This document shows, piece by piece, positions 9,401-18,913 of a stretch of DNA of 44,339 nucleotides. A model generated the notes under the pieces. That model saw nothing but the letters and a program-made list of their open reading frames with translations, made no database searches and was not told the origin of the DNA. Each line of letters begins with the position of its first letter. Within the stretch, counting starts at the first letter, position 1. This DNA comes from Polyangiales bacterium. Lineage in GTDB: Bacteria; Myxococcota_A; Polyangia; Polyangiales; Polyangiaceae. Position numbers and translations under genes: made by a program. Location: assembly GCA_038231275.1 (NCBI GenBank), contig JBBRLQ010000003.1, positions 1-44,339 of the forward strand. The letters are read 5' to 3'.

Positions 9401-12400
9401 TCGGCGCCGCCCGCCAGCTCGGCGAGGTGGTCGACGTATTTCAGCACGGCGCCCTGCTGCCGCGCGAGGCCGAGCGCGGCTTCGTGCGCGGCCGCCGAAT
9501 CGGGCGCGAGCTTCACGGCGCGGAGGCGTGCGGCGAGCGCGTCGTCGCGCCGACCCAGGTGCGTCTCCAGCACGCTCGCGAGCTCGCCCAGCCCTTCGGC
9601 GGCGGTGGCCGGCGGGATGCTCGCGCGCGCGAGGCGCCCTTCGAGCGAGCGCACCAGCGTCTGGTAATCGCCGCGCGCGCGCAATGCCGCCTCGAGCCGG
9701 CGGGCCTCGACCTCGCTGCCGATGGCGGTCTCGAGCGCGCTCTCGAGGATCTCCTTCGCGCGCTCGTTCTCCCCCTGACGCTCGGCGATGAACGAAAGCT
9801 CGAGGAGCACCTCGCTGCGGACGACGGGAGGATCCGGCCTGGTGCCCTCTTGTCGTCGCAGCACGGCGAGGAGGGCGCGGTAGGAGCGCTCGGCGCGCTC
9901 CAGCTGACCGTCGTCGCGCGCCAGCTCCGCGAGGGCGCGGAGGATCTCAGGGTTGGCCGGATCGATGCGCGTCGCCTGATCCAGCTCGACCAGCGCCCGC
10001 GCGCGATCGCCGACCGCGAGATCGAGGCGCGCCAGGTGGTAGTGGACCGGCGCGCGCTCCTTCGGGCGTCGCCCCGCGAAGCCGTCGATGAGCTTTCGCA
10101 GGAGATCGCGGGCTTCGTCGAAGCGCTGCGCGGCGCCGAGCGCGTCCCCGAGGGCAAGGCGGATCGCGCGATCCTCCGGCTCGAGGTCCGACGCTTGCTC
10201 GAGCAGTGGGATCGCCGCCTGCGGCTCGTCGCCGCGCATCTGGAGATCCGCGGCCTCACGGAGCCGCGCGAGGCGAGTCGCCTTGTCGGGCGCGTGGGCC
10301 GCGCCATCGGTGAGGAGCGCGGCGAGCGCCTTCCAGTCCGATTTGGCGCGGTAGACCTCGGCGAGTCGTGCGCGCACGCCCTCCGCGTCGGGATCGGCGG
10401 CGATCGCCTCCTCGAGGCGCGCGCGCGCCTGGTCGTCGTTGCCAGCCGACACGAGCGCCGCGGAGAGCCGCAGCGTGACCTCGGCGCGCGCCTCCGGTTT
10501 GCACGCCGTGTGGAGCTGCTCGAGGTAGCGCGCGGCGTCTTCGAAACTCTTCTTCTGGGTGGAGAGGCGCGCGAGCGCGTCGAGCGACTCGGGGCGCGCG
10601 TCGATCGCGATGACCTTCTGATGGTGGGCGATCGCGGCGTCGACGTCCTTCAGGTTCTCCTCGGCGACGCGCGCAGCCCGTGCCCATAGGTCGGCGGCGG
10701 ACGCCTGCTCCTCCGCCTTCTCGGCGCGCGTGGCCTGCGTCGCCAAGAGCTCCGCGAGCTCGTTGTGCCGCCGCTCGCGCTCGAGCACCGCCACCAGCTC
10801 CTGCACGGTCGCGGTGTGACGCGGATCCTCGTCGAGGCTCTCGCGGAGGATGCGAATGCACCCCTCGAGATCCCCGAGCAGCGTGAGGAGCGGCGCGGCC
10901 TCCAGGCGCAGATCGACGCGCTTCGAAGGGCTCTTGGCGGCGGCGATTTGCTTGCGCTTGAGAGCGAGAAGCTCGTCCTTCTGGCCCTTCGCCTCGTAGA
11001 GCTCGACGAGGTGATGGACCGCGCGAACGTCCTCGGCGTCCTCGGTGAAGAGCGCCATGTAGAGCGCCACCGCGCGATCGTGATCGCCGAGGCGCTCCGC
11101 CGCGATGCGCGCCGCGTCGTGACGCATTCCGCGCGACGTCTGGAGCCGGAACGGCAGGCGCGCCGTGTCGACCAGCAGCTCCACGATCCGCTCGGCGTCA
11201 CCCTCTTCGTCGTGAATTCGTACGAGCTCGCGCAGCGCCCACTCGACGGCGCCGCTCGGCGCGCCGGGGCTGCCGAGGGTCACCGGGCCGTCGGGATCGG
11301 AGCCAATCCAGCGCTCGGTCCCGAGCTTCAGCATCCGCTCGAGGATCGACTTGGCGAGAGAGCGATCGCCCACCGAGCTCGTCGTGATCTCGGCGGCCTC
11401 GCGGAGCAGATCGAGATCGCCGCCGGTCGCCGTCGACAGGCGCAGGAGGCTCTCGACGAGGGGGCGCCCCTTGCTGCGACGCTGGAGTTGCGCGAGCTCG
11501 AAGAGGAGATCGGCGTTCGCGGCGTCGTACGCGAGGGCGCGCACGAAGGCCGCCTCCGCCGCGTCCGGATCGCCGCGACGGTCGCGGTGCCATAGCGCCA
11601 CGCGCCCTTCGGCGTCGCGCGCGATCGCTGCGGGAAGGTCGGGCCTCTCGCCCACCGCCGCTGCGAACGCCGCCGTCGCTGCGTCCCATGCGCCGGGCGT
11701 GGTCGCGGCTTCTTCCACGGCTTCGACGAGGAGCGGCTCGAGGCGATCGGTGGCGCGCGACGACTCGAGGACGACCTTGGCCGCCGCGTCCCACCGCATC
11801 ACGCGCGCCGCGACCCGCACGGTCGCGCGCGCCGCGTCGAGATCGCGCGGCGCGTCTTGCGCCACGCGCTGGTACGCGACCAGGGCGGCGCGCGGATCGT
11901 CGAGCTTCGTCTCCAGGACCTCGGCCATGCGGAACCGCAGACCGGGCAGCCACGCCTCGACCGTCGAATGGACCTCGCGCGCCTCGATCGCCTCGCGCTG
12001 GGCTTCGGCGAGCGATCGCCACTGGCGGGTCGCGTCGGCCAGACGATGGAGCTGCGCCTCGACGTCGCGGGTCTGCGGGGCGACCAGGAACGCCCGGCGC
12101 GTCGCGGCGAACGCCCCCTCGAGGTCTCCTGCGCGTTCCTCGCTGATCTTCGCCGCCTCGAGCAGGACGACGACCTTGTCACCGTCGTCGACGGAGGTGC
12201 CGAGCCGGTGCTCGGTCAGCTCGAGGATGCGCGCCCACTCGTCGCACACACGATAGGCCTCGAGGAGCACCTCGACCGCCGCCGCGCGGTGCTCGGCGCG
12301 CGGCAGGAGCGCGTGCAGTCCGGCGCGGGCCCCCGCCTCGCGCGCGTCGGCGTGCAGCGCCGCGCCGTAGCTGTCAATCGCGTCCTTTGCGCCGTCGAGG

Positions 12401-15400
12401 TGCTCGCGCTGCACGTCGCCGAGCTCGCGGAGGAGCTGGGCGCGCGCGTCGGCCTCGGTCGTGCGATCGGCGGCGCGATCGAGGAGCTCCGCGAGCTCGC
12501 CCCACTTGCGCGCGCCCTTCAGGAGTCCGATCAGCGCGCGCGTGCTCTCGTCGGACTCGCCGAACTCGCTCTCGACCTCGCGCCAGGCGACGATGGCCTC
12601 ATCGATCTCGCCGAGCTCGCGGCTCTGGATGGTCGCGACGCGCACGCGGTCGGCGCGCGCATCCCCGCCGGGCAGTTGCGCGCTCGCCCGCTTCTTCAGG
12701 ATGTCGATGAGACGGCGCCAACGACCGTCCTTGCCGAGCAGCTCCACGAGCCCGTTCAGTGCTGCCTCGTCGGTCGGGAAGAGCTCGAGGAGCGACTCCC
12801 ACGCCCACACAGCGCGATCGGTCTCCGCCAGATCGGTCGCCAGGCGCGCCGCGGTGGACAGGACGCGACGGCGCCCCTCCGCCTCCGGCTCCAGGAGCGA
12901 GAGGCGCTCGAGGACGTCGAGCCGCTCGCGCACGCGACCGGCGTCCGCCAGGAGCGGCTCGATGCGGCGGCACGCGTGGTAGAGCGGCGTCTCCGCGACC
13001 GGCGACACGAGGAGGATGCGGAAAAATAGGTCGATCGCGCGATCGGCTTCGTGCAAGCGATCGGCGTGGACGACGCCCGCCTGCATCAACAGATCGACCC
13101 GCAGCGCGTCGTCGGTGCAATCGTCGGCGGCCGCGACGAGGACCTCGGCGAGCCGATCCTCGCGGTGCACGCGGGCGGCGATCTCGGCGAGCTTGTCGCG
13201 GTGCTCGGCCACGTCGGGCTCGAGGAGCACCAGCGCGACGTAGTGCTCCATCGCCTGCGGCTCGTTCGAGAGCTGCTGGTAGAGGGTCGCGATCTGCTGG
13301 TGACGTCGAATGCGCTCTTTGGCGTTCTTCACCGCCTCGAGCTCGACCTCCAGGATCCGCACGAGATCGGCGTCGCGCCCCTGCTCGACGTACCTCTCCT
13401 TGAGGAGGGCCGCGGCGCGCTGTCGGACGAGGGTGCGCTTCTGCCCGCCCACGGGGGGGAGCGAGTCGCGCCGCGAGACGGGCGGCCGGTCGCTGTCGGC
13501 GCTCGTCACCGGCGGCGCGACGACCGACTCGCGCAGCTCGGCGTGCGGCGGCGCGGCGGCGAGGACCCGCTCGAGGAGACGCGAAACGTCGAGCGGCGCG
13601 GCGTCGCTCTGCGTGTCGCGGGCCAGCATGTCCTCGACCACGATGAGCGCGTTGGTGGCGTCGCCCAGCTCGTCGAGCCATAGCGCCGCGATCCGCGCGC
13701 GCGACTCTTGCGAGGTCTTGTGCGGCATGCGCCCGAGCTGTCCCTGGAGGAGCTGGATCAGCTCGCGATGGCACCCGTGGCGCTCGTAGAGCCGCTCGAG
13801 CGACGCCGAGAGGCGCGCGTTGCCGGGCTTCAGCGCGAGGAGCTGCTCCAAATACCCGATGGCGCGCTTCGAGTGGTTGGCGAAATCCTTGGCGATCTGC
13901 GCGGCGTCTTCGAGCAGCTCCACCTTCTTCGCCTCGGTCGCGGCGACGAGCGCGCGATCGTAGAGCGCGAAGAGATCGTCCCAGCGCTCGGCCGCATCGA
14001 AGAGGAGCTTCAAACGATCGAAGGCCCACGCCTCGGTGGGATCGATCTCGAGGATGCGCTCGAGGATGCTGACGACGCGATCGGAGTCTTCGAACCACTC
14101 CTCGTAGAACGCGACGGCGCGCTTGCCGAGCTCGAGCGCCTCGTCTTTTTCCATCGGCGTCGCGAGCGCCTCGTGGAAGAGCTTGGCGACGCCGTCCGGC
14201 TCCTTGCGCGCGCGGGCCAGGCCCTCGGCGCGATCCCACAGCGCCGCCACGCCCGGCATCTCCGCCGCCGCGCGAAGCACGGCCTCGTACGCCTCGGCGT
14301 CACGGCTCTGATTCTCGAGCAGGTCGAGGAGGCGCTCGAACCAGTCTTGGCGCCGCTCGACCGGCGCGGCGCGATCACCGAGGAGGCAATCGAGGATGCG
14401 AACGCGCACTGCGTCGTCGGCGACGTCGAACGTCTTCTCGAGCATCTGCGCGGCCGGCGCGCGTGTCTGCGGCATCGCCAGGAGCCGACTCGCGAGCGCC
14501 AGCGCGGCGTCGTCGTTTGGCGCGCTCTCGAGGACGCTCGCCACGGACGCCAGCGCCTCCACCAGGCGCTCGGTGCGATCGAGGAGGATGGTCGCGATCT
14601 CCAGATCGAGGCGCGCGCGCGCTTCGCCGTCCGAGCGATCGCGTCGGGCCACGAGCGCGTCGATGGCCCCCTGCACGTCACCCGTCGCCAGCGCGAGCCG
14701 CGATACTGCGCCGAGCGACTCCGCGTTCTCCGGGTCGATGCCGAGCACGCGCTTGTGGAGCTCCAGCGCCGCCGGCAGATCGTGCAGGCGCGCCTCTTCC
14801 GTCTCCGCCCACGCCGCGAGCGCGTGGAGGCGTTCGCCTTCGGCGGCGTGATCGACGCGCCATTTGCACAGCCAGCGTCGATCGTCCGCCGTCCCGCCGT
14901 CGGGCCTCGCCGCGAGCAGCCCCTCGAACGCCGCCACCGCCGCGCGCGTCCGCGCCTCGTCGAGCCCGCCGGCGCCCAGGACGTCACGGTAGGCGGCGGC
15001 CGCGCGCTCATGGTTCCCCGGATCGGCGGAGAGCACGCGCGCCTTTGCCATTCGAAGCTCGGAGTGCAGGGCCTCCGCGTCGGCGTCGCCTTCGGTCGCC
15101 GCGATCGCAGCGTCCACAGCGTGCTCGAGATCGGTCGCCGCCCCCGCCGCGCCGGCCAGCCGTTCGAACGCGGCGAGCACCTCCCGGTCGCGCGGATCCA
15201 ACGCGAACGCCTGCGCGGTCGCGGCGACGGCCCCCGTCACGTCCCCCAGGTGCTCGGCGCGGACGCGCGCGACGCGCATGAGGAGCGCCGCGCGACCCTC
15301 GGCAGGACCGCTCGCGAGGAGCACGCGGAACAGCGCCGGTAGCTCGCCGAAATCGCCGGCGCGCTCGCACACCTCCGCGAGCCTCTCGGAGGCCTCGAGA

Positions 15401-18400
15401 TCGTCCGGCAGGAGCGCGCGTACTTTGGTGTAGAGTGCACGCGTCGCCTCGTCGTCCGCCGCGGCGACCGCGATCCGTGCCGCGCGCCGATAGGTCTCGC
15501 CTCCCGCGAGCCGGTCCTCGCCCTTCTCGGTCTCCACCACCGCGAGCTTCTCGAGCCACGCGATCTGATCGCGCGGATCGGCCGCCTCGAGGGCGCGACG
15601 CGAAAGCACGCGCTTCTCGAGATCGGGATCGCCGAGCGCGACGGCCACGTGCTCCACGGTCTCCAGCTCGGCGGTTTCGGTCGCCGGGTCATCCAGGAGG
15701 ATCGCCGCCTGCGCCGCTGCGCGCGCCTCCTGGCCGTGCGCCGCCGAGAGCTCCGCCAGCTGCGCGCGCGTGCGCAGCGCCTCTTCCGGCGTGACGCGCG
15801 CGAGGTGGCCTTCGAGCAGCTCGCCGAGCTCGCCCCACGCGGCGCCCTCCGTGTAGAGATCGACGAGCGCGGCGTAGGCCTTGCGATCGTCGGGCTCGTT
15901 CGCCAGCGCGGCGCGGTACGCCTCGATCGCCGCGGCGGGATTGCCCAGCTCGCCGCGCTCCAGGACGCCGATCGAATGGAGAAGCTCGCGCTTGCGCTTG
16001 TCGTCGACGCCGCGATCGAGCGCCGCGCGGTAGAGCGCCACGCGCTCGCCGGGGCTGCCCTGATCCTTCAAGAGCTCGTCGACGCGGCCGAGGATGTCGT
16101 GGTTGGAAGGCTCGAACGCCAGCGCCCGCCGCAGCGCAGCCAGCGCGCCCGCCACGTCTCCGCACTCCGCCAGCGCTTCGCCTGCCACGCGCGCGAGCAG
16201 CACGAGCTCTGCCGAGTCGATCGCCCGATCGCCGAGCGCCTTTGCCAGGAGCGCCGCGCGCCGCTTCGGATCGATCCCTGCGTTCGCGAGGCGCGCCATC
16301 CGCTCGAGCCACGGTCCGAGCGCCGCGCCTGTGGTCACCGCCTCGGCGAGCCCCTTGCCGGCGAAGTCGATCGCGCGCGCAAGGTACGCGGGGCTCTCCT
16401 CGGCGACCTGCGTGGCCTCTTCGAGCGCGCCGAGGCGCTCGTCCGCGCTCGAAGACAGCTGCGCGCGCATCTCGAGCACGCGGAGGAGGCCCTGCGTGTT
16501 CGCTTCCGCGCGGTACACCGGCTCGAGCACGCTGGCCGCGACGAGGCGCTGGTCGCCCACCGAGAGCATCTTTTCGAGCGCCGCACGCGACGTCTTCTCG
16601 GTAGGGTCGGCAGTGAGCGCGCGCCTGAACGCGTCGATCGCGAGGTCCACCTCGCGCGTGCGCTGAAGCCGCACCAGCGCGAGGCGCGCGTAGATCGCGG
16701 CGCGCTCCGCCTCGGGCGCGAGCTGCGCGTCGGCGGCGAGCGTCCCTGCCAGATCCGGCCACGCCTTCTGCTGCTCGAGGAGCGGCATCCACTGCACGAA
16801 CGCCTCGCGCGACGCGCCGTATTTTTCGACGACCGCGCGCCACGCGTGGCTGGCTCGCTCGACGTCCTGCGTCTTGGTCGTCAGCACCTCCGCGGCGCGC
16901 ACACACAGCTCGCGCGCCTCGCGGGGGCTCTCTGCGTCTTTGCCGCGCTCTTCGAGCACGTACGCCAGATCGAGCCAGCTCCCCGCCGCCTCGTAAAGCG
17001 GCTCCAGGGCAGCGAGCGCCCGAGGACGCGACGCCGTGTCGACGAGCGCGCGCCACGCCGCGATGGCCCGCGGCGCGTCCTTCAGCACCCGGAACGCCAG
17101 CTCCGCGAGGCGCTCGTTCGCCATGCGACGGCGCTCGAGATCGGGGTCGAGCTGTCCGACCTTCTCGAGCACGTCGGCGAGCGCGCGGTGGTCCCCTTCG
17201 CCCTCGTAAATCTCCGCGAGCGCGCGCGCCGCCTTGAGCGTCGCCGTCGCGTCGACCGCCGCCGCCGCGAGCACGCTGATGAAGGTCGCCTTCGCCTTCT
17301 TCACGTCGCCGCCGATCCGGTAGAGCTCGCCCATCTCCGCGGTCAACCGCGCGCGCACCGCGCTCTCTCGCGCCGCGGTGCCCACGCGCTGGAGCGTTCG
17401 CGCGGCGTCCAGGATCTTTCCGATCTGCAGCGCGAGCGAGCCGTAGCGAAGTCGCACGTCGTCGTCCGACGGATCGAGCGCGATCGCCTGCTCGAACGCC
17501 TCGAACGCGCCTTCGAGATCGTCGATCCGATCTTGCTTCAAAATGCCGATGCGCTTCAGCACGGCCAGCCGCTTGGGCCCCCGCGTGTGCTCGAGCTCGA
17601 TCGCGAGGAACTTTGCCACGTCGCTCGGGAGCCCGGTCTGCTCGTTGGCGTCCGCGAGCGCCGACGCCGCGCGCGCCGCGAGGCCCTTCACGCCGAGGAG
17701 CTTCGATGCGACGCGCCGCGCCTCGTCGTGGCCGGGCTCCTTCGCGAGGATCGCCTCGATGTGCGGCATCGTCCGCTCGGGCTCGTGCAGCTGCCCGGCA
17801 TAGAGCTCGACGAGCCGCGCGCGCAGGCGCAGCTGCTCGTCCTCGGGGAGCGGCGGCTCGGTCGTCAGCGCCTGCTCGAGGAGGCGCGCAACGTCGCGGT
17901 GACGGTTCGCCTTCACGTACTTCGCCTCGAGCATCTCGCGCGCGCCGGAGTCGGCGGGGTCGAGCTTGAGGAGCTGCTGGTAGAGCTCGATCGCCTTCTC
18001 GTCGCCGCCGGTCGTCTTCTCGTAGATCTCCGCGGCGCGCTTCAGGAGCGCGATCTGCTCGGGCTTCGCGCGGTGCTGCGCGGCGCTGGCGTAGAGATCG
18101 GCGACCTTCTTGGGATCACCGACCTTGGTGAGCAGCACCTCGAGCCGATCGAACGCCGCCGCGTGGGCCGGCAGCGCCGCGAGCGATCGTTCGAGGTAGC
18201 TCGTGGCGCCGAAGTCGTCGCCGAGCACGTCGCCAAAGAACGTCGCCGCGCGGTACAAGAACTCGGCGAGCACCGCCGGCGTCATCGTCTTCAGGCGCTT
18301 GCCTTGCGCCACCGACTCGTACGCGAACGCGAGCTCGCTCATGCGCTCGTCGCGCTGCGCGGCGCGATGCAGCTCCTCCCACGTGTCCGGTCGAAGCTGC

Positions 18401-18522
18401 CCGCGACTGAGCGCGAGCAGCATGGTGTCGAGGATCGACTCCTCGCCTTCGAGCTTCTTCTCGAAATCGAACGTCGCCTGGGGAGGGGGCATGGAGCCCC
18501 GTTGACGAGGAGGATTCTGCAT
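6403..18522 (-). CDS. Giant TPR-like alpha-solenoid repeat protein (4039 aa, single uninterrupted ORF)
   Basis: A 12,120-nt open frame on the - strand. Translation is Ala/Leu/Glu/Arg/Asp-rich but contains K, Y, W, F, Q, N, H, M throughout, with TPR-like periodicity (e.g. ...AIELYQQLLKLDPADSGAREMLEAKYVKANRHRDVARLLEQAL...). All overlapping + strand ORFs are R/L/G/V-only antisense artefacts. No catalytic motif was recognised. Confidence 0.8.
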   Translation of the reverse strand: MQNPPRQRGSMPPPQATFDFEKKLEGEESILDTMLLALSRGQLRPDTWEELHRAAQRDERMSELAFAYESVAQGKRLKTMTPAVLAEFLYRAATFFGDVLGDDFGATSYLERSLAALPAHAAAFDRLEVLLTKVGDPKKVADLYASAAQHRAKPEQIALLKRAAEIYEKTTGGDEKAIELYQQLLKLDPADSGAREMLEAKYVKANRHRDVARLLEQALTTEPPLPEDEQLRLRARLVELYAGQLHEPERTMPHIEAILAKEPGHDEARRVASKLLGVKGLAARAASALADANEQTGLPSDVAKFLAIELEHTRGPKRLAVLKRIGILKQDRIDDLEGAFEAFEQAIALDPSDDDVRLRYGSLALQIGKILDAARTLQRVGTAARESAVRARLTAEMGELYRIGGDVKKAKATFISVLAAAAVDATATLKAARALAEIYEGEGDHRALADVLEKVGQLDPDLERRRMANERLAELAFRVLKDAPRAIAAWRALVDTASRPRALAALEPLYEAAGSWLDLAYVLEERGKDAESPREARELCVRAAEVLTTKTQDVERASHAWRAVVEKYGASREAFVQWMPLLEQQKAWPDLAGTLAADAQLAPEAERAAIYARLALVRLQRTREVDLAIDAFRRALTADPTEKTSRAALEKMLSVGDQRLVAASVLEPVYRAEANTQGLLRVLEMRAQLSSSADERLGALEEATQVAEESPAYLARAIDFAGKGLAEAVTTGAALGPWLERMARLANAGIDPKRRAALLAKALGDRAIDSAELVLLARVAGEALAECGDVAGALAALRRALAFEPSNHDILGRVDELLKDQGSPGERVALYRAALDRGVDDKRKRELLHSIGVLERGELGNPAAAIEAYRAALANEPDDRKAYAALVDLYTEGAAWGELGELLEGHLARVTPEEALRTRAQLAELSAAHGQEARAAAQAAILLDDPATETAELETVEHVAVALGDPDLEKRVLSRRALEAADPRDQIAWLEKLAVVETEKGEDRLAGGETYRRAARIAVAAADDEATRALYTKVRALLPDDLEASERLAEVCERAGDFGELPALFRVLLASGPAEGRAALLMRVARVRAEHLGDVTGAVAATAQAFALDPRDREVLAAFERLAGAAGAATDLEHAVDAAIAATEGDADAEALHSELRMAKARVLSADPGNHERAAAAYRDVLGAGGLDEARTRAAVAAFEGLLAARPDGGTADDRRWLCKWRVDHAAEGERLHALAAWAETEEARLHDLPAALELHKRVLGIDPENAESLGAVSRLALATGDVQGAIDALVARRDRSDGEARARLDLEIATILLDRTERLVEALASVASVLESAPNDDAALALASRLLAMPQTRAPAAQMLEKTFDVADDAVRVRILDCLLGDRAAPVERRQDWFERLLDLLENQSRDAEAYEAVLRAAAEMPGVAALWDRAEGLARARKEPDGVAKLFHEALATPMEKDEALELGKRAVAFYEEWFEDSDRVVSILERILEIDPTEAWAFDRLKLLFDAAERWDDLFALYDRALVAATEAKKVELLEDAAQIAKDFANHSKRAIGYLEQLLALKPGNARLSASLERLYERHGCHRELIQLLQGQLGRMPHKTSQESRARIAALWLDELGDATNALIVVEDMLARDTQSDAAPLDVSRLLERVLAAAPPHAELRESVVAPPVTSADSDRPPVSRRDSLPPVGGQKRTLVRQRAAALLKERYVEQGRDADLVRILEVELEAVKNAKERIRRHQQIATLYQQLSNEPQAMEHYVALVLLEPDVAEHRDKLAEIAARVHREDRLAEVLVAAADDCTDDALRVDLLMQAGVVHADRLHEADRAIDLFFRILLVSPVAETPLYHACRRIEPLLADAGRVRERLDVLERLSLLEPEAEGRRRVLSTAARLATDLAETDRAVWAWESLLELFPTDEAALNGLVELLGKDGRWRRLIDILKKRASAQLPGGDARADRVRVATIQSRELGEIDEAIVAWREVESEFGESDESTRALIGLLKGARKWGELAELLDRAADRTTEADARAQLLRELGDVQREHLDGAKDAIDSYGAALHADAREAGARAGLHALLPRAEHRAAAVEVLLEAYRVCDEWARILELTEHRLGTSVDDGDKVVVLLEAAKISEERAGDLEGAFAATRRAFLVAPQTRDVEAQLHRLADATRQWRSLAEAQREAIEAREVHSTVEAWLPGLRFRMAEVLETKLDDPRAALVAYQRVAQDAPRDLDAARATVRVAARVMRWDAAAKVVLESSRATDRLEPLLVEAVEEAATTPGAWDAATAAFAAAVGERPDLPAAIARDAEGRVALWHRDRRGDPDAAEAAFVRALAYDAANADLLFELAQLQRRSKGRPLVESLLRLSTATGGDLDLLREAAEITTSSVGDRSLAKSILERMLKLGTERWIGSDPDGPVTLGSPGAPSGAVEWALRELVRIHDEEGDAERIVELLVDTARLPFRLQTSRGMRHDAARIAAERLGDHDRAVALYMALFTEDAEDVRAVHHLVELYEAKGQKDELLALKRKQIAAAKSPSKRVDLRLEAAPLLTLLGDLEGCIRILRESLDEDPRHTATVQELVAVLERERRHNELAELLATQATRAEKAEEQASAADLWARAARVAEENLKDVDAAIAHHQKVIAIDARPESLDALARLSTQKKSFEDAARYLEQLHTACKPEARAEVTLRLSAALVSAGNDDQARARLEEAIAADPDAEGVRARLAEVYRAKSDWKALAALLTDGAAHAPDKATRLARLREAADLQMRGDEPQAAIPLLEQASDLEPEDRAIRLALGDALGAAQRFDEARDLLRKLIDGFAGRRPKERAPVHYHLARLDLAVGDRARALVELDQATRIDPANPEILRALAELARDDGQLERAERSYRALLAVLRRQEGTRPDPPVVRSEVLLELSFIAERQGENERAKEILESALETAIGSEVEARRLEAALRARGDYQTLVRSLEGRLARASIPPATAAEGLGELASVLETHLGRRDDALAARLRAVKLAPDSAAAHEAALGLARQQGAVLKYVDHLAELAGGAEEAKSQKLACDLLLRMGAVVEEDLKDDKRAAAIYERAERHGTRSADVLFALDRIYERVGDEKSQARILAARVQLEEREGRLTSDPLFRLASLRLKGKSKPEEGCELLVAALDREADWARAEGILRDAAQAHPDSAQVIALYEKVGREPGFERALVDALARRWRQTSGGAEDALREAVATAEKLGDAAQAEALLRELLASDNEDQASRAWALSRLSELRAAAGDLTEAVEHKRAAAELAEPDEARKLRFDVARLAAAELGDLPLAAATYEALHENEPADREAWDPLLSVYRRMGAAQKLVELVGRVVELVEDPAERSRLRVERVKAMMGELGMSDEEAIPALREIVDEDPSQLEPAIQLASILERLGRSDELADLLARQLEGAKDRSDAPSVASLSVRLGSLLEQRDRIEAKNVYYVGLDWDAQNRPLLEALARLHSVEGEAGDRADILERLLALETGPAAEKLALELAQLRADAWDEEGAMRALELGFKACPQSAQIRDRLESTYREKSSWPKLAELAVTDARGRTDPDDKVARFAEAASIYQNELKDAVSGARILREARAIAPDDQVLLGELVQMLTAAGDFSGASDELSIAIDGLGDANHPALPSLLAQRAGMRSKLGDDAGALDDMELAYTAGGSSYIRDLASYLERIGMRAAATGDIARWRTVRLRLGELLPQIGDHDGARSLLGDLLKNDGKDKDALRALAQLEEVAQHWDAASAVYRRLVALEEGDDVVDTALRLADACERAGRIGDARGGLERARMTAPTNAALRRRLELLYEQTAAFKELAEMSLEDAKGSLEVAGRFTHLMRAGSLLLQQGGNPEEAVQPLEEAHALRPADLDCLVRLADAYILSGRAPQAGELVMGVIAQNKGRRSREQSPLYHRLAKIARAQGDPQQEITHLSVALDMDSQNGVVASELATVAMVVGQHEVATRALRAITMLKTAAPMSKALAYQYLGEIARQQGDKKRAIMLLKRAIDDDPTLGSARAILEQLERDG

Positions 18523-18613
18523 CCGCGCGGATCATGGAGGGTATCAATCCCCGCGGCGTTGGGAAGCCCATGGAAATGTGGGGAAAATGGCCTCCGGACC
18601 GCCCCTGCTCTGG

Positions 18614-18913
18614 TTACTTGTTGGTCGCCCCGTGGTAGACGCGCGTGATGTCGGCCTCGTCGAGGAAGCCGAGGATGTGGCCCGCGTCATCGACGACCAG
18701 AAGCTCGCGGACGTTGTTGGCGAGGGTGAACGCGCCGACGGATGACGTCGAAGATGAGATCGGCGCGGTGCGCGGGAGAGTCGCGGCGCGTGGGCACCTG
18801 CGCGGCGTAGAGAGAGCGATGGCGCAGCGCCACGAACGCGATTCCTTCGGCGAGCATGAGCGGGACGAGCAGCTCGTAGCTCCTGTGGAAGGCGTCGATG
18901 ATCGCGTCGGAGC
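18614..18913 (-). pseudogene. Remnant of a ClC-family chloride channel gene (last TM helix plus CBS-domain tail), frameshifted and 5'-truncated
   Basis: Frame A has ...DAIIDAFHRSYELLVPLMLAEGIAFVALRHRSLYAAQV, resembling ClC helix R (EcClC: [32 protein letters not shown]). Frame B ends ...VRELLVVDDAGHILGFLDEADITRVYHGATNK*, a typical CBS-domain C-terminus. The two halves are in different frames. The upstream ~1.2 kb expected for a ClC gene is absent, replaced by ctaB. Confidence 0.4.

Noticed and set aside
6403-18522. Possibility that the 12-kb ORF is several adjacent TPR genes read through
   Set aside because: No in-frame stop over 12,120 nt, and composition and repeat character are uniform. 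Candidate internal starts lack any intergenic signature, so a single gene is the most parsimonious reading (flagged for experimental confirmation).
8587-18648. Long + strand ORFs (8587..10689 700 aa, 13708..15342 544 aa, 15649..18648 999 aa, and others) overlapping the giant gene
   Set aside because: Translations are almost purely R/L/G/E/V/A/D with essentially no K/N/Q/Y/W/F/I. These are typical antisense-frame artefacts of a high-GC coding region; the - strand frame carries the protein-like signal.
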